A stretch of 64,000 nucleotides of DNA from Camelus dromedarius (lineage: Eukaryota): positions 92,320,001 through 92,384,000 of the forward strand of contig NC_087472.1 of assembly GCF_036321535.1 (NCBI RefSeq), read 5' to 3'. Position numbers and translations under genes: made by a program. Each line of letters starts with the position of its first letter. Within the stretch, counting starts at the first letter, position 1. Below the pieces are notes generated by a model. The model was not told the origin of the DNA and made no database searches. It worked only from the letters and a program-made list of their open reading frames with translations. Shown here piece by piece: positions 12,531 to 27,037 of the stretch.

Positions 12531-13481
12531 CCACACGCAAAAATAAACTCAAAATGGCTTAAAGACAAACATAAGTCAAGACATAATAAAGCTCCTAGAA
12601 GAAAACATAGGCAAAACACTATCTCATGTACATCTCAGCAATGTTCTCCTAGAGCAGTCTACCCAAGCAATAGAAATAAAAGCAAAAGTAATCAAATGAG
12701 ACCTAATTAAACTTACAAGCTTTTGCACAGCAAAGGAAACCATAAGCAAAACAAAATGACAGCCTACGGAATGGGAGAAATTTTTGCAAAAGATGAAACT
12801 GACAAGGGCTTGATTTCCAGAATATATAAACAGCTCATACGACTTCATAAAAAAAACAAACAATCCAATCCAAAAATGGGCAGAAGACCTTAAAAACAAT
12901 TCTCCAAATAAAATACATGAATGACCAATAGGCACATGAAAAAATGCACAATATCACTAATTATCAGAGAAATAAAAATCAAAACTACAATGAGGTATCA
13001 CCTCACACCAGTCAGAATGACCATCATTCTAAGGTCCACAAATGATAAATGCTAGACAGGGTGTGGAGAAAAGGGAACCCCCTACACTGTTGGTGGGAAT
13101 GCAGTTTGGTGCAGCCACTGTGGAAAACAGTATGGAGATCCCTCAAAAGACTAAAAACAGACTTACCATAAGACCCAGCAATCCCACTCCTGGGCATATA
13201 TCCAGAGGGAACCCTAATTCAAAAAGACACCTGCACCCCAATGTTCATAGCAGCACTATTTACAACAGCCAAGACATGGAAATAACCTAAATGTCCATCA
13301 ACAGATGACTGACTAAAGAAGTTGTTATATTTATACAATAGAATACTACTCAGCCATAAAAAATGATATTATAATGTCATTTGCAGCAACATGGATGGCC
13401 CTGGAGAATGTCATTCTAAGTGAAATAAGCCAGAAAGAGAAAGAAAAATACCATATGATATCACTCATATGTGGAATCTAA
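12531..13481 (+). pseudogene. L1 ORF2p C-terminal remnant (EN and RT domains absent; stops and frameshifts)
   Basis: KINSKWLKD..., [57 protein letters not shown], ...SQKEKEKYHMISLICGI* (TAA at 13479-13481). Confidence 0.92.
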
Positions 13482-16400
13482 AAAAAAAAAAAAGACAAAT
13501 GAACTTATATATAAAACAGAAACAGACTCACAGACATAGAATACAGACTTGTAGTTGCCAGTGGGGAGGCGGGTGGGAAAGGATAAACTGGGAGTTCAGA
13601 ATTTCCAGATGCTGACTGGTATATATAAAATAGATAAAGAAGTTTACACTGTATAGCACAGGGAACTATATTCAATATCTTGTAGTAGCTTATGGTGAAA
13701 AAGAATATGAAAATGAATATATGTATATTCACTTATGACTGAAGAATTGTGCTGTACATCAGAAATTGATACAACATTGTAAACTGACTATACCACAATA
13801 AAAAATAAATAAATAAATGACAAAAACAAAACAGACAAAAAAATGAAAGCAGTAACACTTCCAAAACTAATATTTAAATTTATGTGTATGAGAAAAATAC
13901 AACAAAGTATTTTATTATCACTTAAAAGCTGACATTTGTTCTTTTTCATTTGTCTTGAAAAATGACAAAAATTCTAAGAAGGATTAGTCTAAGAACAATT
14001 GAGTTATCAAAATAAGTGTTGCTCTATAGTGATGATATTTCCCTGAAAACATTTTTAAAAGTGGGAAAAATCTTGAACATGTTTTACTGGCTCTTTGAAA
14101 GTTTTCCTTTGCATATTTTGCCACCAAATTTAGAAAAAGTGAGCAGCATAACATTATCACTTATGGTATCACAGTTATTCCTGACATATTATGATTAGCC
14201 CTGATTGAAATGACATTTCCAACATGTACCAAATTTGTAAAAATGGTAATTACATTCTGCATTTACATGAGGTTATTCTTTTAGCCTGCCAATTGGTTAT
14301 ACAAGTTTCATAGGCATCTTTTGTGAAATAAAACAAACACTGAACTCTATGCATACTTAGATCATTGTTTTATTTTGCAATAATTCCCTTTTAATTTATG
14401 CCCACCAATAATTCCTAAGATAGGCAGATTTATACTAATAGAAACAAAGGAAAAATACCTCATCAAATTCATGTGGAACAGTTTTGTATTAAAATGATTT
14501 CCTTTTTTCTAAATAATGCACAACACGCCGGTCTCTTGGCTCTTTAATCCTATATTATGGTGTGATATCTTAAATTAGTGAGATGTCTATATGGTTCAAA
14601 TTAGTCATATAATCTCTTCCTGATGATACTCGGCTGCAAAGCAAACCTCTCCCTAGGATATAATAATCCACATTTTCAAAAGAAAGCCAAAATTGCTTGA
14701 GGTAGTTATATGTTATTTCTATACAAATTATGAGTTACAGTTCAGGTATTTATATATTCTATGCTAGGTTAACCAGACTTAGTCTGAGTATCAGTTCAGT
14801 CTCAAATAGTTGGTTACTAGGTCACTTACCCTGTTTGAGCCTCATTGTCTCATTGAAATAGAGGTGATATTAATATTACTTACTTTCTGAGCTTATTGTC
14901 TCAAATAAGATGCTGCATATCAAAGGGTTTTATTAAGAGTATTGTATATATTATTGTGACCTCACAGGATTATTGAGGGACTAAAAAGAGAATATATAAT
15001 AAATGCACTGAAAAAAATCTTTAAAACATTATGCAAATGGAAGGTGGTATTTCTATTACTGGGTAAATTCACACATATACATACACACAGGCACACAAAC
15101 GTGAATGCTGCTAAGACTGAAAAGATTTCTGTCTTCACAGAAGACATATTGTATTTATTGTGCAATCATGTCCTCTTTTACTTATATATTAGCTACTGAT
15201 CCCTCAGGGAATAAAACAAATCAACAAATATATAACATGGACTCAGAAGCATACATTTTGGTAAATTTTATGAGGCTCCTTAAGGTTTTTCTTTCTCAAT
15301 GAAATTGCTGTCACAACTACAACAATTTTTATCTGTTGTGCATCAGTAGATGCTATCCTAAACAGAGCACTATGTATAAAAATATTTTCCAACGGATAAC
15401 AATATATGAACAATATTTTTTAAAATAAAATAAAACAGTAAGAAAATGACAGTATTCATGAACTAAGTACCTCTGATGAACATTTTAAAAGTCAAAGGTG
15501 GTTAATTTCCTAGATGAATTACTAGAAAACATCAGTCCCCTGACCTTTGAGAAATAAAACAAATACAAACTTGCTTCTGTTGTCACATTAACACCACTGT
15601 TTTTGATAGTCATTTTGCATATTTTCTAGTGTTTTTCATAACCCCAGTAAAAAGTTGGCAGCCATATATCCTTCTCTAAACTTGGAGTCAGGGTTTCAGC
15701 AATTATGACACAAGATCCCAAAATATTTGGGGAGGATTAGAGAACTTCTCCTAGAATTATGATTTAATCCCATAGTCAACACAGTCTTTGATCCTGCTAG
15801 TTGTTATTCTCACTTTGCAATTCAATATCACAAGAATACATATGTTTAGGCTTTTTGTCTGCCTTTAATTCTCATTTTTCACAATGTGGCACAGGACCTT
15901 TGGCAATGGGGAAGGTGGAAAGGTCATCTAGGAAAGTGACCACATTTGCCTTTCTTCATGTTCACCAGAGACAGTTCATGAATACTGTCATTTTCTGTGG
16001 CTCTGAGATGCTTACTATAGCACATTTCTTAATTCAAAAATAAAACAAGATCTACTCTAGCAAAAACCCAACTCTTAAAAGAGTAGAGGAAATATTTTGG
16101 AACTGAGAACACAGTCAGAGAATAATGGCCTGAGGGCACTGGGGTTATTGACAAGGAGGAGAGAAAGCAGGCTGCTAAAGATTTTCAGAAAGAGGAGAGA
16201 TCACATAGTTGTGCCTGAGTCTGGAGCAAAATAGTGCCTGAGGAAGTAGTCATGATTTACCTGGAGGGCCCTTACACTCAACCTTTTTGAATCTGCTATC
16301 TTTATCTATATGCCCATACCTGCTACTCCTGCCCCTGTAACTACAACCCTTGGATTTATCCTTGACTGAGCTCTCTTCTTTATCCCAACATCCCAATTTA

Positions 16401-17673
16401 ACCCAACATTTACTTCTTTCTTTTGAGGGCATCTCATGACCAGCACCTCAGCCTTAGCATGTGACTCCAGTATCACTGGGAAGATCTGAAGAGCCTCTTT
16501 CCTTTTCTTCTTTGAAACCAAGCTCCAGATAAGCTGGAATGACTGATAACTCACTCTATACCAATTCATCCTCTCTCTGCTGCTAGATTTACCTTCTAAC
16601 ATGAGTTATCATGGGATGGCTCCACTAGCAAACCTCTCCTGACTCCTTGTTTCCAGAACTAAGGCTATTGCTTCAATGACTCATATTGGGCTTCTGACTA
16701 TTGGACTTGGATTGTGACTCTTTACTGCAGGCAGTTTTCTGTCTTCCTTATACATTCGAATCCCCAGGGAAGCTTTAAACAGATAAGCAAAACACAAAGA
16801 CACTTAAAAATACAGATTCCCAGGCTCCATCCCAAATCAATGAAATCAAAAGGTTTTGAGCAGGACATGGACAATTATAAAAGTCTGTAGTGTACAAATA
16901 TATCTATATACTTGATAACCCCCTAGACCATATAAGACAGAAGCCCAGTCCCTTACCTTTACATATATAAACCTTGACCTTCTGGTTGGAATCAACTTAT
17001 GTTTATTGAAAACACTGATTACTGTTATTATATATTGAATTATATTATTATTTATTACAGTGTTCTTATCCAGACTCATCTGCTGCTGCTCTAGCAGAAC
17101 CTTTATCTGGAATCACACTTCCTATTCATATCTGGAACGTCGCCTGAAAATTAACAGCTCCTAGCCTTTGTATATACTTTTCCCTTAGTCTGGAATAACC
17201 TTTTGACCCTTGGCTTTCTCACAGATTACTGTTCATCCTTCAAGACCCAGGTCAAACATCAACTTCACTAGGAAAGATTTTTCTAACTTTTCTAAATTTC
17301 CTGGGCTGCCTTGGCATTTCATTCAATGTATTGTTCTCAGAGCACTCTCCACATCACAGGGTAACATGTCTATTGGTGTAAAGGTTATTTGAGCACATTG
17401 TCCTTTCATCTCTGTGCCCCTAACACACAGCAAAGCACATAGCATATGGATTTGGGGGGATGTTTTAGAATGAGTGAATGACAGAACGAATTGCTAAATC
17501 AGAAATCATTGATCTAAAAAAGAAGATATTTTACAGTCACTGTGCTTTTGCTAAGTGACAGGCATCCTACTAAGGACTTCATTCACATTATTTCATCGAG
17601 CTCTCAAAACGACCGAAAGAAAAAAGGTACCACTGGTATCCCCATTTTACAACTCAGGAAACTAAAAAAAGCT

Positions 17674-18220
17674 GTCACCCAGATAGTTTAATCTTCAAGG
17701 TCCCTACATCAGTATGACTTTACTCTATGTTTCAAGAAATCTTTTCCCAGGAAATAATGCTGACTAATATACAGCTTCATTGGTAGCTTCAGGAAATCCT
17801 GCAAAATACATTTATCTGTATTATATAGTGATTAACCAGCTCTGTCTCAAGATAATATGTTACCTGGGGAAAAGCCACCCCTTTATTGGACAATAAATTG
17901 TTCAACTGGATGAACCCTCTCACTTATCAACAGCTTACTCATTAAGACATAATCCAAAACCCTTGCTTCCCTGGGTCCACTGATACTTGTCTATTATATC
18001 TTAGATGTTGTCCAATTTCAATCTGATCTCTGCATTCAAAGACCTGCTTTAATTTACTTAAATGTAACCTCTTCTCCAAAACCTATACATATCTACCCTC
18101 AAATTTCATTTCCTGAGAATCTACTAAGAACCTGTCAAGATGTTGGTCTCCTTTCCTGCACTAAGTAACAAACTAAGCTTTGCTTGATCAATGTATTACA
18201 CTGGTGGTTATTTTGGGAAT
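17674..18220 (+). mobile_element. ERV1-class LTR (MER110/MER90-like)
   Basis: ctactaagaacctgtcaagatgttggtctcc...aaactaagctttgcttgatcaa R/U5-like segment. Confidence 0.55.
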
Positions 18221-19954
18221 TTTATACTAATTAATGGCACTTACTTCCAGAGTCAGAAATGAATCCTTAGCTAGAACTAGGCTGTGATAACCACCTTACA
18301 TTGTTTCTGTTAATAAAATTAGTTTGTAAAATTCCAATCAGTCTTACAAGGCCTGCTTTTTAAAATATTTATAGAACTGCTTCCTAACACTTACACTTTA
18401 TACGATAAAAAACAGTCTACAAGATTGTTTTAAGTATTTACAGATATGTGAAAAAAGGAATGTTTTGATCTGAATGGAGAAACTTCACTCTGAAACTACA
18501 GTGTAAGCTGAGGGCAGGGTTACAGGAGTAGATTAGTGTTGTCAGGAATGATGAGTTCTTAGCAACATTTCTAGGGTTTTTTTTTTTTTTCGTACCTTTG
18601 TTGTGCTTTTGAGATGCTTCCCTAGTCTTACAGTGTGCCACCTTAAGTTACCTGGACAGAGAGCCATTTCCAAAAATAAGAGCTAACACTGACTGGGTGT
18701 TTATTGGGTGCCAGACACTGTCCTACGATGTTTAGTTCTTAGGGTGGAGGAATAAACTTGGACTACATCTTACAGGGAATTTTAAACTACTCGAAGGCTA
18801 TGGAATTTATCTTGAAAGAAGATTCTGGGGAGAGGCTTAATGCAATTTACATTTTAGAATGTCTCTTACTTTGCTGAGAATAGATTAGGAAAGAAAGAAT
18901 ACAGAGAAATCAGGTGGAAGGTTGTTGAAATTGGGAAAGGACAGAGGATGTGAGTGTGTGAGTGTGTGAATGTGTGTGCACGTGTAGGGGTGTGTGTGTG
19001 TGTGCACGCATATGTGTCTGTGCTTTACTGAAGACAAAAAGATGGGAGGCCTGTCCCTGCTCTCAGGTTAAAATTTTGAGGGTTATTTTGAGAACACTGT
19101 GGATTAAATATAAAAATTTAAACCTCTCTGTGGGTATTATTTGCATTATAGCTTTTAATCTCCTGAATGTGCTTAACAGTAAAACTTTCGAAGTAAGAAT
19201 GACCCCTGTTGTTTGGTGTGTGTTGCAATGTGCAGGGGTTTGGACAGCAAGAGTGGTTGGAGCGACAGAAAGGAAGGAGAAAATATTTAGCACGTGTTAT
19301 TCTCAAGCCAATCTGTAAACTGGATTAATCCCTTTGACTTAAGGGTATAGCGAAGCAACCCATAAGGACCTGAGCAGAGATCACAATAGAGTCTTAACTT
19401 GAATAAGATGGGTTAAGTGGCAAACTCTGGGGAGGGGAGTCAGAGGAGTAAGAAATGACAAAAGGCCTCTTTTCCACCAATGTCCTGCTTGTCCTCCAGT
19501 CTCCCTCTAGAAAAATTCCCCGTGAGAAATCTTGATGTGTCCACCTCTGTACTCCCATAGGCCTCTGTTATTGGAGGTTATTGGAACTTACCAGACTGCA
19601 AGTAGTTATCTCTTTACTAATCGGTCTGTCTCAACAGAAAGAGCCTCATAAATGAACAAGACTGCATCGCAGCAGTGCCCATTACATAGCTCAATAGATG
19701 TTAGTTGAGTGAATATAGAAATCAATGAGCAAATAAAACAAGGAACAATGTATAAATGGCCTTAAACACCTTGTCACTTTTTATTGTTGATTAAAAAAGA
19801 AATGTGCCCCAATGTTTTACTCAGAAGTAAAAGAGGGATTCCTTGTTCACTAAATTTGGGAACTACTAGGTTAAGTAGTTTTGTTTTTCAATCAAAAAAA
19901 TTAAACATTTTTCTTTATTCTTGAAGAACACATCAAAGAAGATTGGCCTCTTCA

Positions 19955-20140
19955 GTATAGCAGCCACTAGCAAAAGATGACTACTTAAGTTAATTTATAT
20001 GAAATAAAACCTAAAAATTCAGTTTTACTAGCCACATATCAAATGTTTAATAGACACATGTGATTATTGGCTTGCTGCACTGGACAGCAAACATATAGAC
20101 TATTTCTCTGATTATACAAAGTTCTACTGGATAATGCTAA
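19955..20140. mobile_element. MER3-like hAT MITE fragment
   Basis: gcagccactagc...actagccacatatcaaatgtttaatagacacatgtg...aaagttctactggataatgct. Confidence 0.7.
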
Positions 20141-21344
20141 ATGCATTGACTCAGACATAATATTACCCTGGAAAACACTCTTTGGAAAGCCTTGTTCCTG
20201 AGATGTTACTACTATAGGAATCTTTAGTTTTACAAACTGTAACGCAACTCTGTCATATTCTTGATGGCTTGGGTCATATTCATTACATTTAGAATGGAAA
20301 TAAAGCAGGTAGTTGTTTTTAAAATTTAATCTTCATTTATTGAGTACCTTTTCTGTACAAACTGTCTTTTATACTTGGGACTTGGTAAAAATAATTATGA
20401 AATATAAGTAGTCAAAGCAAAAATCTTTATGAATCATCATCCATGAGCTAGTTTTAAAGCCATTATGTACTACTTTGATCTCTACTTTTGGCAATTTCCA
20501 ATTGGGAAGCATCCCTCTAGAAGGCAATTTGCCATACTCCATTTTACTCCAATCATTTGGATAGTCCTAGAAATTTCATGGGGAAAAAATCGCAATTTAG
20601 GAAATGGAAATTAGATTTTTCAGTTCATTTTCTCAGACAATGAAAAAATAAACTTAGAGTAACATGAAAGAAAAGAACTTTTATAAATTTAAATAAATAG
20701 AAATGCCTAGAAGGATTTAAATAGATCAAGATAAATATTTCTCCTGGCAATACAGAAATAAACACTGCAAGCTTCATTTATGTCGAAGTCAGAATTCAAG
20801 TTAACTTTTGAATTTACAAAGAAAATTTAGGAGGAGGATCGAAGCTACTTAAGAGGTGGTAATAAATTGTTTATTCTCTGATTCTTCTGTGCTTTCTCAT
20901 TATTTTATTATCACTTACATTTCTCATTGTTTGAATTTTTGTGTGTGTGGTGTGATCTCAACTGAGTGCCTCTTGGGACAATGACATAAAATACTTAACA
21001 CTATCATGCTTCTTATTCATTGCTCTCCATTATGTTAATGTTCACATTCCAAAGACAATTATTTCCATTTATTCTTCTCCTTACTCCATTAGCCTTCCCC
21101 ATGCTGTTTCATTAGTCAGATTCCAGAAATGATTTTTTTGCCCTTTCTAAATCTGTGTTTTAATGTGGCTTTTTGTTATTATTTTGCTTTGTTTTGTTTT
21201 CTGGTTTCGGTGTCTTTGATTTCTATCAACTATTATAGGATAAAAAGAAGTCATAATATAATTTTCAAAAATGTGAAAACTGCTAACCTCATACAAATAT
21301 ACAGTGAATATATATATGTTAAAGGTTTAGAAAGAACCAGACGA

Positions 21345-21852
21345 TGAGAAAGTTGGTTCTAAAGGAATACCAGAGACTGGTATATGCAATCTGCGAAACT
21401 GACCGATATGGCCTTAACATTTCCCTCAGTTTGACTAAATTTCAGACAGGTTTCTTCCTGATGAGAGCCTCCCACCCCCTGTCTTACTTTTGTTAGACCA
21501 TTTACTTTGAGAAACCCTGCTCTGTCTCTTTGAGATGTAAATCTTCTACAACCCAGGAATGTCTTTCTCAAGCACCTGGGAGTCATTCTTTTGAAATGAA
21601 TTCATCAAGAAAGAGAGTACCCCTCTCCCAGTCTCTGTGGGAGGACAGGAGTCTACCTTTGATAAGCACCAATTAGCACAGGTGGTCTAACACAGCCACC
21701 AACCTTCCCTTAATGCCTTTCAGTACTTTTCCACTAGCTCACATGCTGCTTAAAAACACTCTTATGTTCAATCTCTAGCCCCTACTGCATTAGTTGTGAA
21801 TGAAGTCTTCTTGCCATTTGTTACAAGCGGCCGGTGCAACATCTCTTTGACA
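21345..21852 (+). mobile_element. ERV1-class solo LTR (MER67-like)
   Basis: TG...CA termini; tttgactaaatttcagacaggtttcttcctg; tttgagatgtaaatcttctacaacccaggaatgtctttctcaag. Confidence 0.75.
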
Positions 21853-22247
21853 AAGGAAAAAGAGCTGGAATAAGATTGCAAAGTTAGACACAAAACTGGC
21901 TAATGTCTTACAGGGCAATAAACTGCCACCTTTGGGGTTAGGTTTTCTTCTGTCGAGAACTAATTTTAATCCCTCCCAGACAAAATAATTTGCAACTTAT
22001 CACTTTGCTACAAGTAAACATCTCACTTCAGAGTCCCAGATAATAACCCTCATCATGTGTTTGGAAACAACTTAATTAACACACTTAAGGTTTCAGAAAT
22101 ATCTTGTCAAATACTGGCCAACCAGCTTTAGTGAATTTTTTAAATTATTTTTTTCTAAAGTTTGCAAGATCATGGCTTTATTTCCTCTGGAAGTTTTCTA
22201 CTGCCATATATTTAATCATTTAGTTACTTGTCTGTTTTAATCAATTT

Positions 22248-22415
22248 CTGGATTTCATCAATTCTAAGATGCACATTTTGCTCACATTTTATCATCTCTG
22301 AAACTGGAATGTCTTACAATTGCCATGATAAGAAAGCATTGTGTCGTAGTTTATTAGTACATATATTGATTGTGTCTCTTACAATATTTGGCATCTTACA
22401 TTCCCTGAAATAAGT
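22248..22415. mobile_element. TcMar-Tc2 MITE (MER104-like)
   Basis: atttcatcaattctaagatgcac ... gcatcttacattccctgaaata terminal inverted repeats. Confidence 0.75.
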
Positions 22416-24728
22416 GCCTGCAGAGAATTTATGAACATTGCTATCGAAGAAAAAAATGTACAAAGGATGACAAAGCTTTCCACTTATCCAAATAAACTTC
22501 TGTAATTGTGTGTCCAGTTACTTCAAATCCACATAATGACTCAAAATTTTATACTCTTACATTTCCCTTTTAAACTATGTAGAGCTCTTAGCTCCAAATC
22601 ACATTCCTTATACTTTTCTATACTTTTGTCTCTACTGTGATGGCTTTTCTTAGCTCCTATTTTGTTTCCTTCATCTCCTTATTTCATCAAAATGTATTTA
22701 AATTCATCAAGCTGTTTGTATGCATCGTGATTATTTTAGTGGTGATCATAAATAAAATATTGAAAACTTCCAACAGAAAGAAAATCATGCCTTCCCAAAC
22801 TTCAGGAAAAAAAATACTGAACTAAGCTGATTGACCAGTATTTCACAAAGTGTTTCTGAAACTTTCAGATAGTTTATCCCATTTTTAAAAGAGTAATAGA
22901 AAAAAAACATGCAAAGGATCATTATGTCAGACTATAACCAAGTGAGCTAAATGAAAATGGTAGGATAGAGGCCACAGATAGTTTAAACAGTATAAGTACC
23001 AGCACAACAACATGAAACAAGGAAACTCTAAGAAACTTAAAGTAACTTTGAGTGGCTGATTTAGGGGAAAATGGCTTGAGGGGACACTAGGATAGTAGCT
23101 ATAGGAGAGAGGGTAAAGAGTCTTTGTGCTTTTACAGAGTTTAAAGTTTATCATGGGAAGTTGAGGAATCCCCGAAGAACTTATAAACAAGGAGTAACAA
23201 GTTCAGGTTTATATTTTATGAATATTGCTTTATAAACAGTATGAAACAAAAAATGTCTAATAGCTAGATTGTAAGCAATTAAACATGTGAGCATTAATTA
23301 GAGATTAGATTGAGGAATAGTAACAGTACCGGGGACCTGAAATTCTGGTTCCCCATCAACTTGGCATTTAAAGCATCAACCAATGGCCTCCAGGTCTGTC
23401 ATCACCTTAACCAAATGAGTCATCTTCCTCAAAGAGACAGAGAGAGTAAATTCACCATGTCTGTCAGCTCTAGTTTCATAAACTGATGTCAAAACTGTAA
23501 GCATCCCCTCTTCCAAGACACACATACACCTTTGCTGCACTAGCATCTCCCTGATGCTCTGTGATTCATTCATTCCTAGCCAGTGCCCAAACATATACCA
23601 TATCTCAAACTCTTTCTCTATACCTTCTGGTATAAGATTTCTACAATTACCTAACTACCCTAAATCCTCAGCAACCCTTTCTCTTACAGGCATTAATCCA
23701 GTAATGCCTGGCTGTCCTCTGTGATTATCCCTTCCCCTGTAACCATCTCAAGTGGTGCCTGCTTACCTCCTCACAGTGTGCACTTCAGAAACAGGAGCTG
23801 GGCTTGATGCTCCTGCTTCCTATTATAGCTCCTAACTAATAACTCATCCACTGTCTGGTCTAAAATCCTGTTCTTTTGAAATGTGTATCAGTTGGTTTAA
23901 TAACCCTTTGCCCTTTCTGCTCTCATTTTCCAGCCTCACTCAAAGAAGGCTTTGGCATCTAGTTTAAAGATTTCCTGCTCACACCAAGCTTTGTCATCAG
24001 CATTGGTGTCTTCAAGATATAGGAGGATGACCCATCGTAACACCATGTATGTTAATCAGAATAGGCTAGACTACAAATGACCCCCAAATCTTACAGTGAC
24101 TTTTAATAATAAAGGTTTATTACTCACTCAAGCTGCATGTCTGTCATGGGTTGGTTGAGGGTTATGCCACGTCACCTCACTCTGAGACATAGGTTTGATC
24201 AGTTAAATCATTAAAAACTCAGACTTGACCATAATTTCCCATAATACCATCTTTCCTCCTAGCAGATATCATAGTTGCAATTTTACATGTATTTTGTGTT
24301 ATTTCTTATTGTATTTCTTGACCTGTGCTCTGCAAGTCCTATGAGGACAGAGGCTATGTCTGTTTTTCCTAGTCTTACTTAGAGTCTTCAATAATGAGCC
24401 CAGTGCTAGCTATATAATAGGTATTCAACAAATGTTTATTGAACTAAATAATGGATAGAGGGATGAATAGATGAATGGGTAGGTAGTGATTATTGGAGGG
24501 AGGGGAGGAGGGAGAGAGAGAATGGGAGGAGGAGCAGAATAGAGTTTTAGGGAAGAAGCAAAAAAATTCTGGTCATTGACTAGGAGGTGTTTATGAGCAA
24601 TCAAAGAGTAGATGATCAGTAGTCAGGTTAAAGCTAGAGGAAGAGTTGGAGGAAAAACACAAAATTGTAAATTATCAGAACATAAATAGTAGTTGATTTA
24701 AAAGCAAAAAGGATTACAGGTTAGACTG

Positions 24729-25033
24729 ATTGCATTTATGGCTCCCCTTTATCTATGTCTCCAATGCAAGGTCACTTTGCAGCTCCTCCCAACAAGAAGT
24801 AATCTATTTTTCTACTTGAATTTGGGCTGCCTTTGTCACTTGCTTTGTCCAGCAGAATGCGACATACTTTATAGACAGGCAAAATGTGAGTAGAACTTCC
24901 TACTGATCTATAGTTGACCGCAGATGCAGGAGAAAACCCAGCTGACCTATAGACTGATGATCAGTATCAAATGACTGTTTTAATACACTGGCTTTTGAGG
25001 CGGTATGTTATACAACCACAACTTACTGATACA
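24729..25033 (+). mobile_element. MLT1 (H/I-like) LTR
   Basis: actttgcagctcctcccaacaaga...cttgaatttgggctg...tcacttgctttg; ends gttatacaacc...actgataca. Confidence 0.7.
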
Positions 25034-26615
25034 CAAGAGATAAATGCTACAAAAATAAGATTTTGAGAATCATTTAAAATGTTTGTGTTCTTAATTTTTT
25101 TAATTGTGGAAAATTTCATACATATGCAAAAAATAAAGAACACTAAATAGCTCCCATACACCGTCATCTGGTTTCAACAATTATCAACATATTGCTGATT
25201 TAATTTCATCTATATACCTACTCATTGCCCTAACTACCACTGAGATTCTCTTGACAATTTCTGACACCAATCATCTCCTTTTTCAAAGTAATTTTAAGTA
25301 CACATTTTGGAAAAGACAAGTTAAGCTCTTTGAAAAAGTATGTACCCAGTGCTCCGAAAGAAGCTTGTTAAAGTCACTAAGAGATATTTTCAGACAAATT
25401 CATTTAAATTAACTCTTACATAAGCTCGAACTTCAAAAGCCAAAAAGGAAGGAAAAAGGTGGAAGAGAAATCTCTTCCCAATTGATAAAGGAGTAATGCT
25501 GGCCCTGTGTATGTTCCTTTAGGGACCACAATCTCTTTCTTTAGAACCAGAAAAATGAGTCCCCTCTCAAGCACAGAGAAGGAAGAAGAGATCTAATGCT
25601 AATCTGACTCCCAGATGAGATTCAAGGCTTTCCTGGGGAAAAAAAAAGTCAAGAATAAAGATTATTTCCCATAAGATAAGTAATACACAAACTGGAGAGG
25701 AAGGGGGTGTAACTCAACACCAAGTCCAAATGACCTGAGAATTTTCTCACAATCAACTGTCCCACAAGTATGTCCTGTGGAAATTTTGCTTTAGCACAGA
25801 TAAAGAGGAAGTTCACTGATGCAGAAATGAAAATACACTGCTAACTCTCCTCAGTATATTTTTTTCTCAAAATATGCATAAAGAGTTAAGTGATTTAGCT
25901 GACTGAAATGTTTTAACAAAGGCAATTTTTTGGGGGGTAGGGAAACAAATAGTATAGGAAGTCTGTACTAAGTATAGATATTTTAACAAACTGCTATCAC
26001 TTAATGGCAGTCATCCAAATATAGGTATGGAAGAAATGAAAGGACTTCAACTCATTAATTAATAATAGATCCACTCATTAATTAATAATAAAAATGTGAT
26101 AAGTCTGAGGGCCAAAATACTTGAAGTCTCTTCTACTTTAAAGTGAAATTTTTATACAAGGCTTACTTACACTTTGGTTCATGTAGCCTATAAAAAGATG
26201 CTTTGATGTTTACCTTCATTTTTTTCCCATGAGAGGCTCTGAGAGATTAAGAGTATCATCCAAGCTTCACAGAAATTTGAAGATCTAAGTAACTCTTCCA
26301 TGTCTTCTGATTCCTAGCCAGTGTTTATAGTGATATAACATAATACTTCTTTAAAGTAGATACAATTATAAAGAGGCTTCAATATTGGTTTCACATATAC
26401 ACTAAAGTCTTTTGGTTATGGAAAAAAACACATTTTACAACACCTTCAATATCTATCTACTTTCTGGGAAGTCATCATTGATGACTCATCCCTAGCATAG
26501 AATCCCTAGTCAAATCCTATGAAAGTGACGGCCTGGTAGCTCTCCTGTCCTTCTCTGAATTCTCACTATCATGGCCTAAGTCTAGACTCTCAACACTTCC
26601 CATCTGATTGGCTCA

Positions 26616-27037
26616 TGTAGCTGATGATACCAGATCCTCAAACAAATGGCTACCATATAAAGGCTGCTTCCTACAAACACCTGAAACCCTTAGTCTGAGG
26701 GCTTTTGTATGGCCTTGAGACCAACCTTGGTTTCTGTGACTGGCAAGCCAGCAATGCTGCAGAGCTAATTCTTTTAGAAGAACCCCTCAGTAAGAAACAG
26801 ATGGAGAGTTGGTGGACAAATAGCCCATCTCCCTCTCCCCTTGGCTGTGATAACTCTGAGGGCGTATCTACATTTTCTTCCAGAGTTCTCTAGTACACCT
26901 AGTTTCTAATTGCCCACAGGAGGAAGTGGCTTTATAATACAAATTTTATTGGCTTCCTTCTCTTCCCCATATTATTTCCCTATTTCTCTAGTGATATTCC
27001 TTGGGGTCTGCTTCTTGGCGTGCCCAATCTGAGACAA
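26616..27037 (+). mobile_element. ERVL LTR (LTR16C-like)
   Basis: gagagttggtggacaaat...gataactctgagg...ttgcccacagg...tttattggcttccttctcttcccc. Confidence 0.7.

Larger units (their letters stand above)
9596..13836 (+). mobile_element. LINE-1 with intact 5' and 3' ends and a large internal deletion; antisense to the host gene
   Basis: 5' end GGGAGAAGGGCCAAGATGGC (YY1-type motif), ~2.3-kb 5'UTR, ORF1 from 11871, ORF2 C-terminal remnant, 3'UTR, AATAAA at 13797 and an A-rich tail. 19-bp TSD AAAAAAATGAAAGC[G/A]GTAA at 9577-9595 and 13837-13855. Confidence 0.95.

Noticed and set aside
12500..12560. In-frame ORF1-ORF2 fusion protein or spliced-L1 junction
   Set aside because: The junction is out of frame (the ORF1 frame stops at ~12544), and the recalled consensus context does not suggest GT/AG boundaries; needs alignment to confirm.
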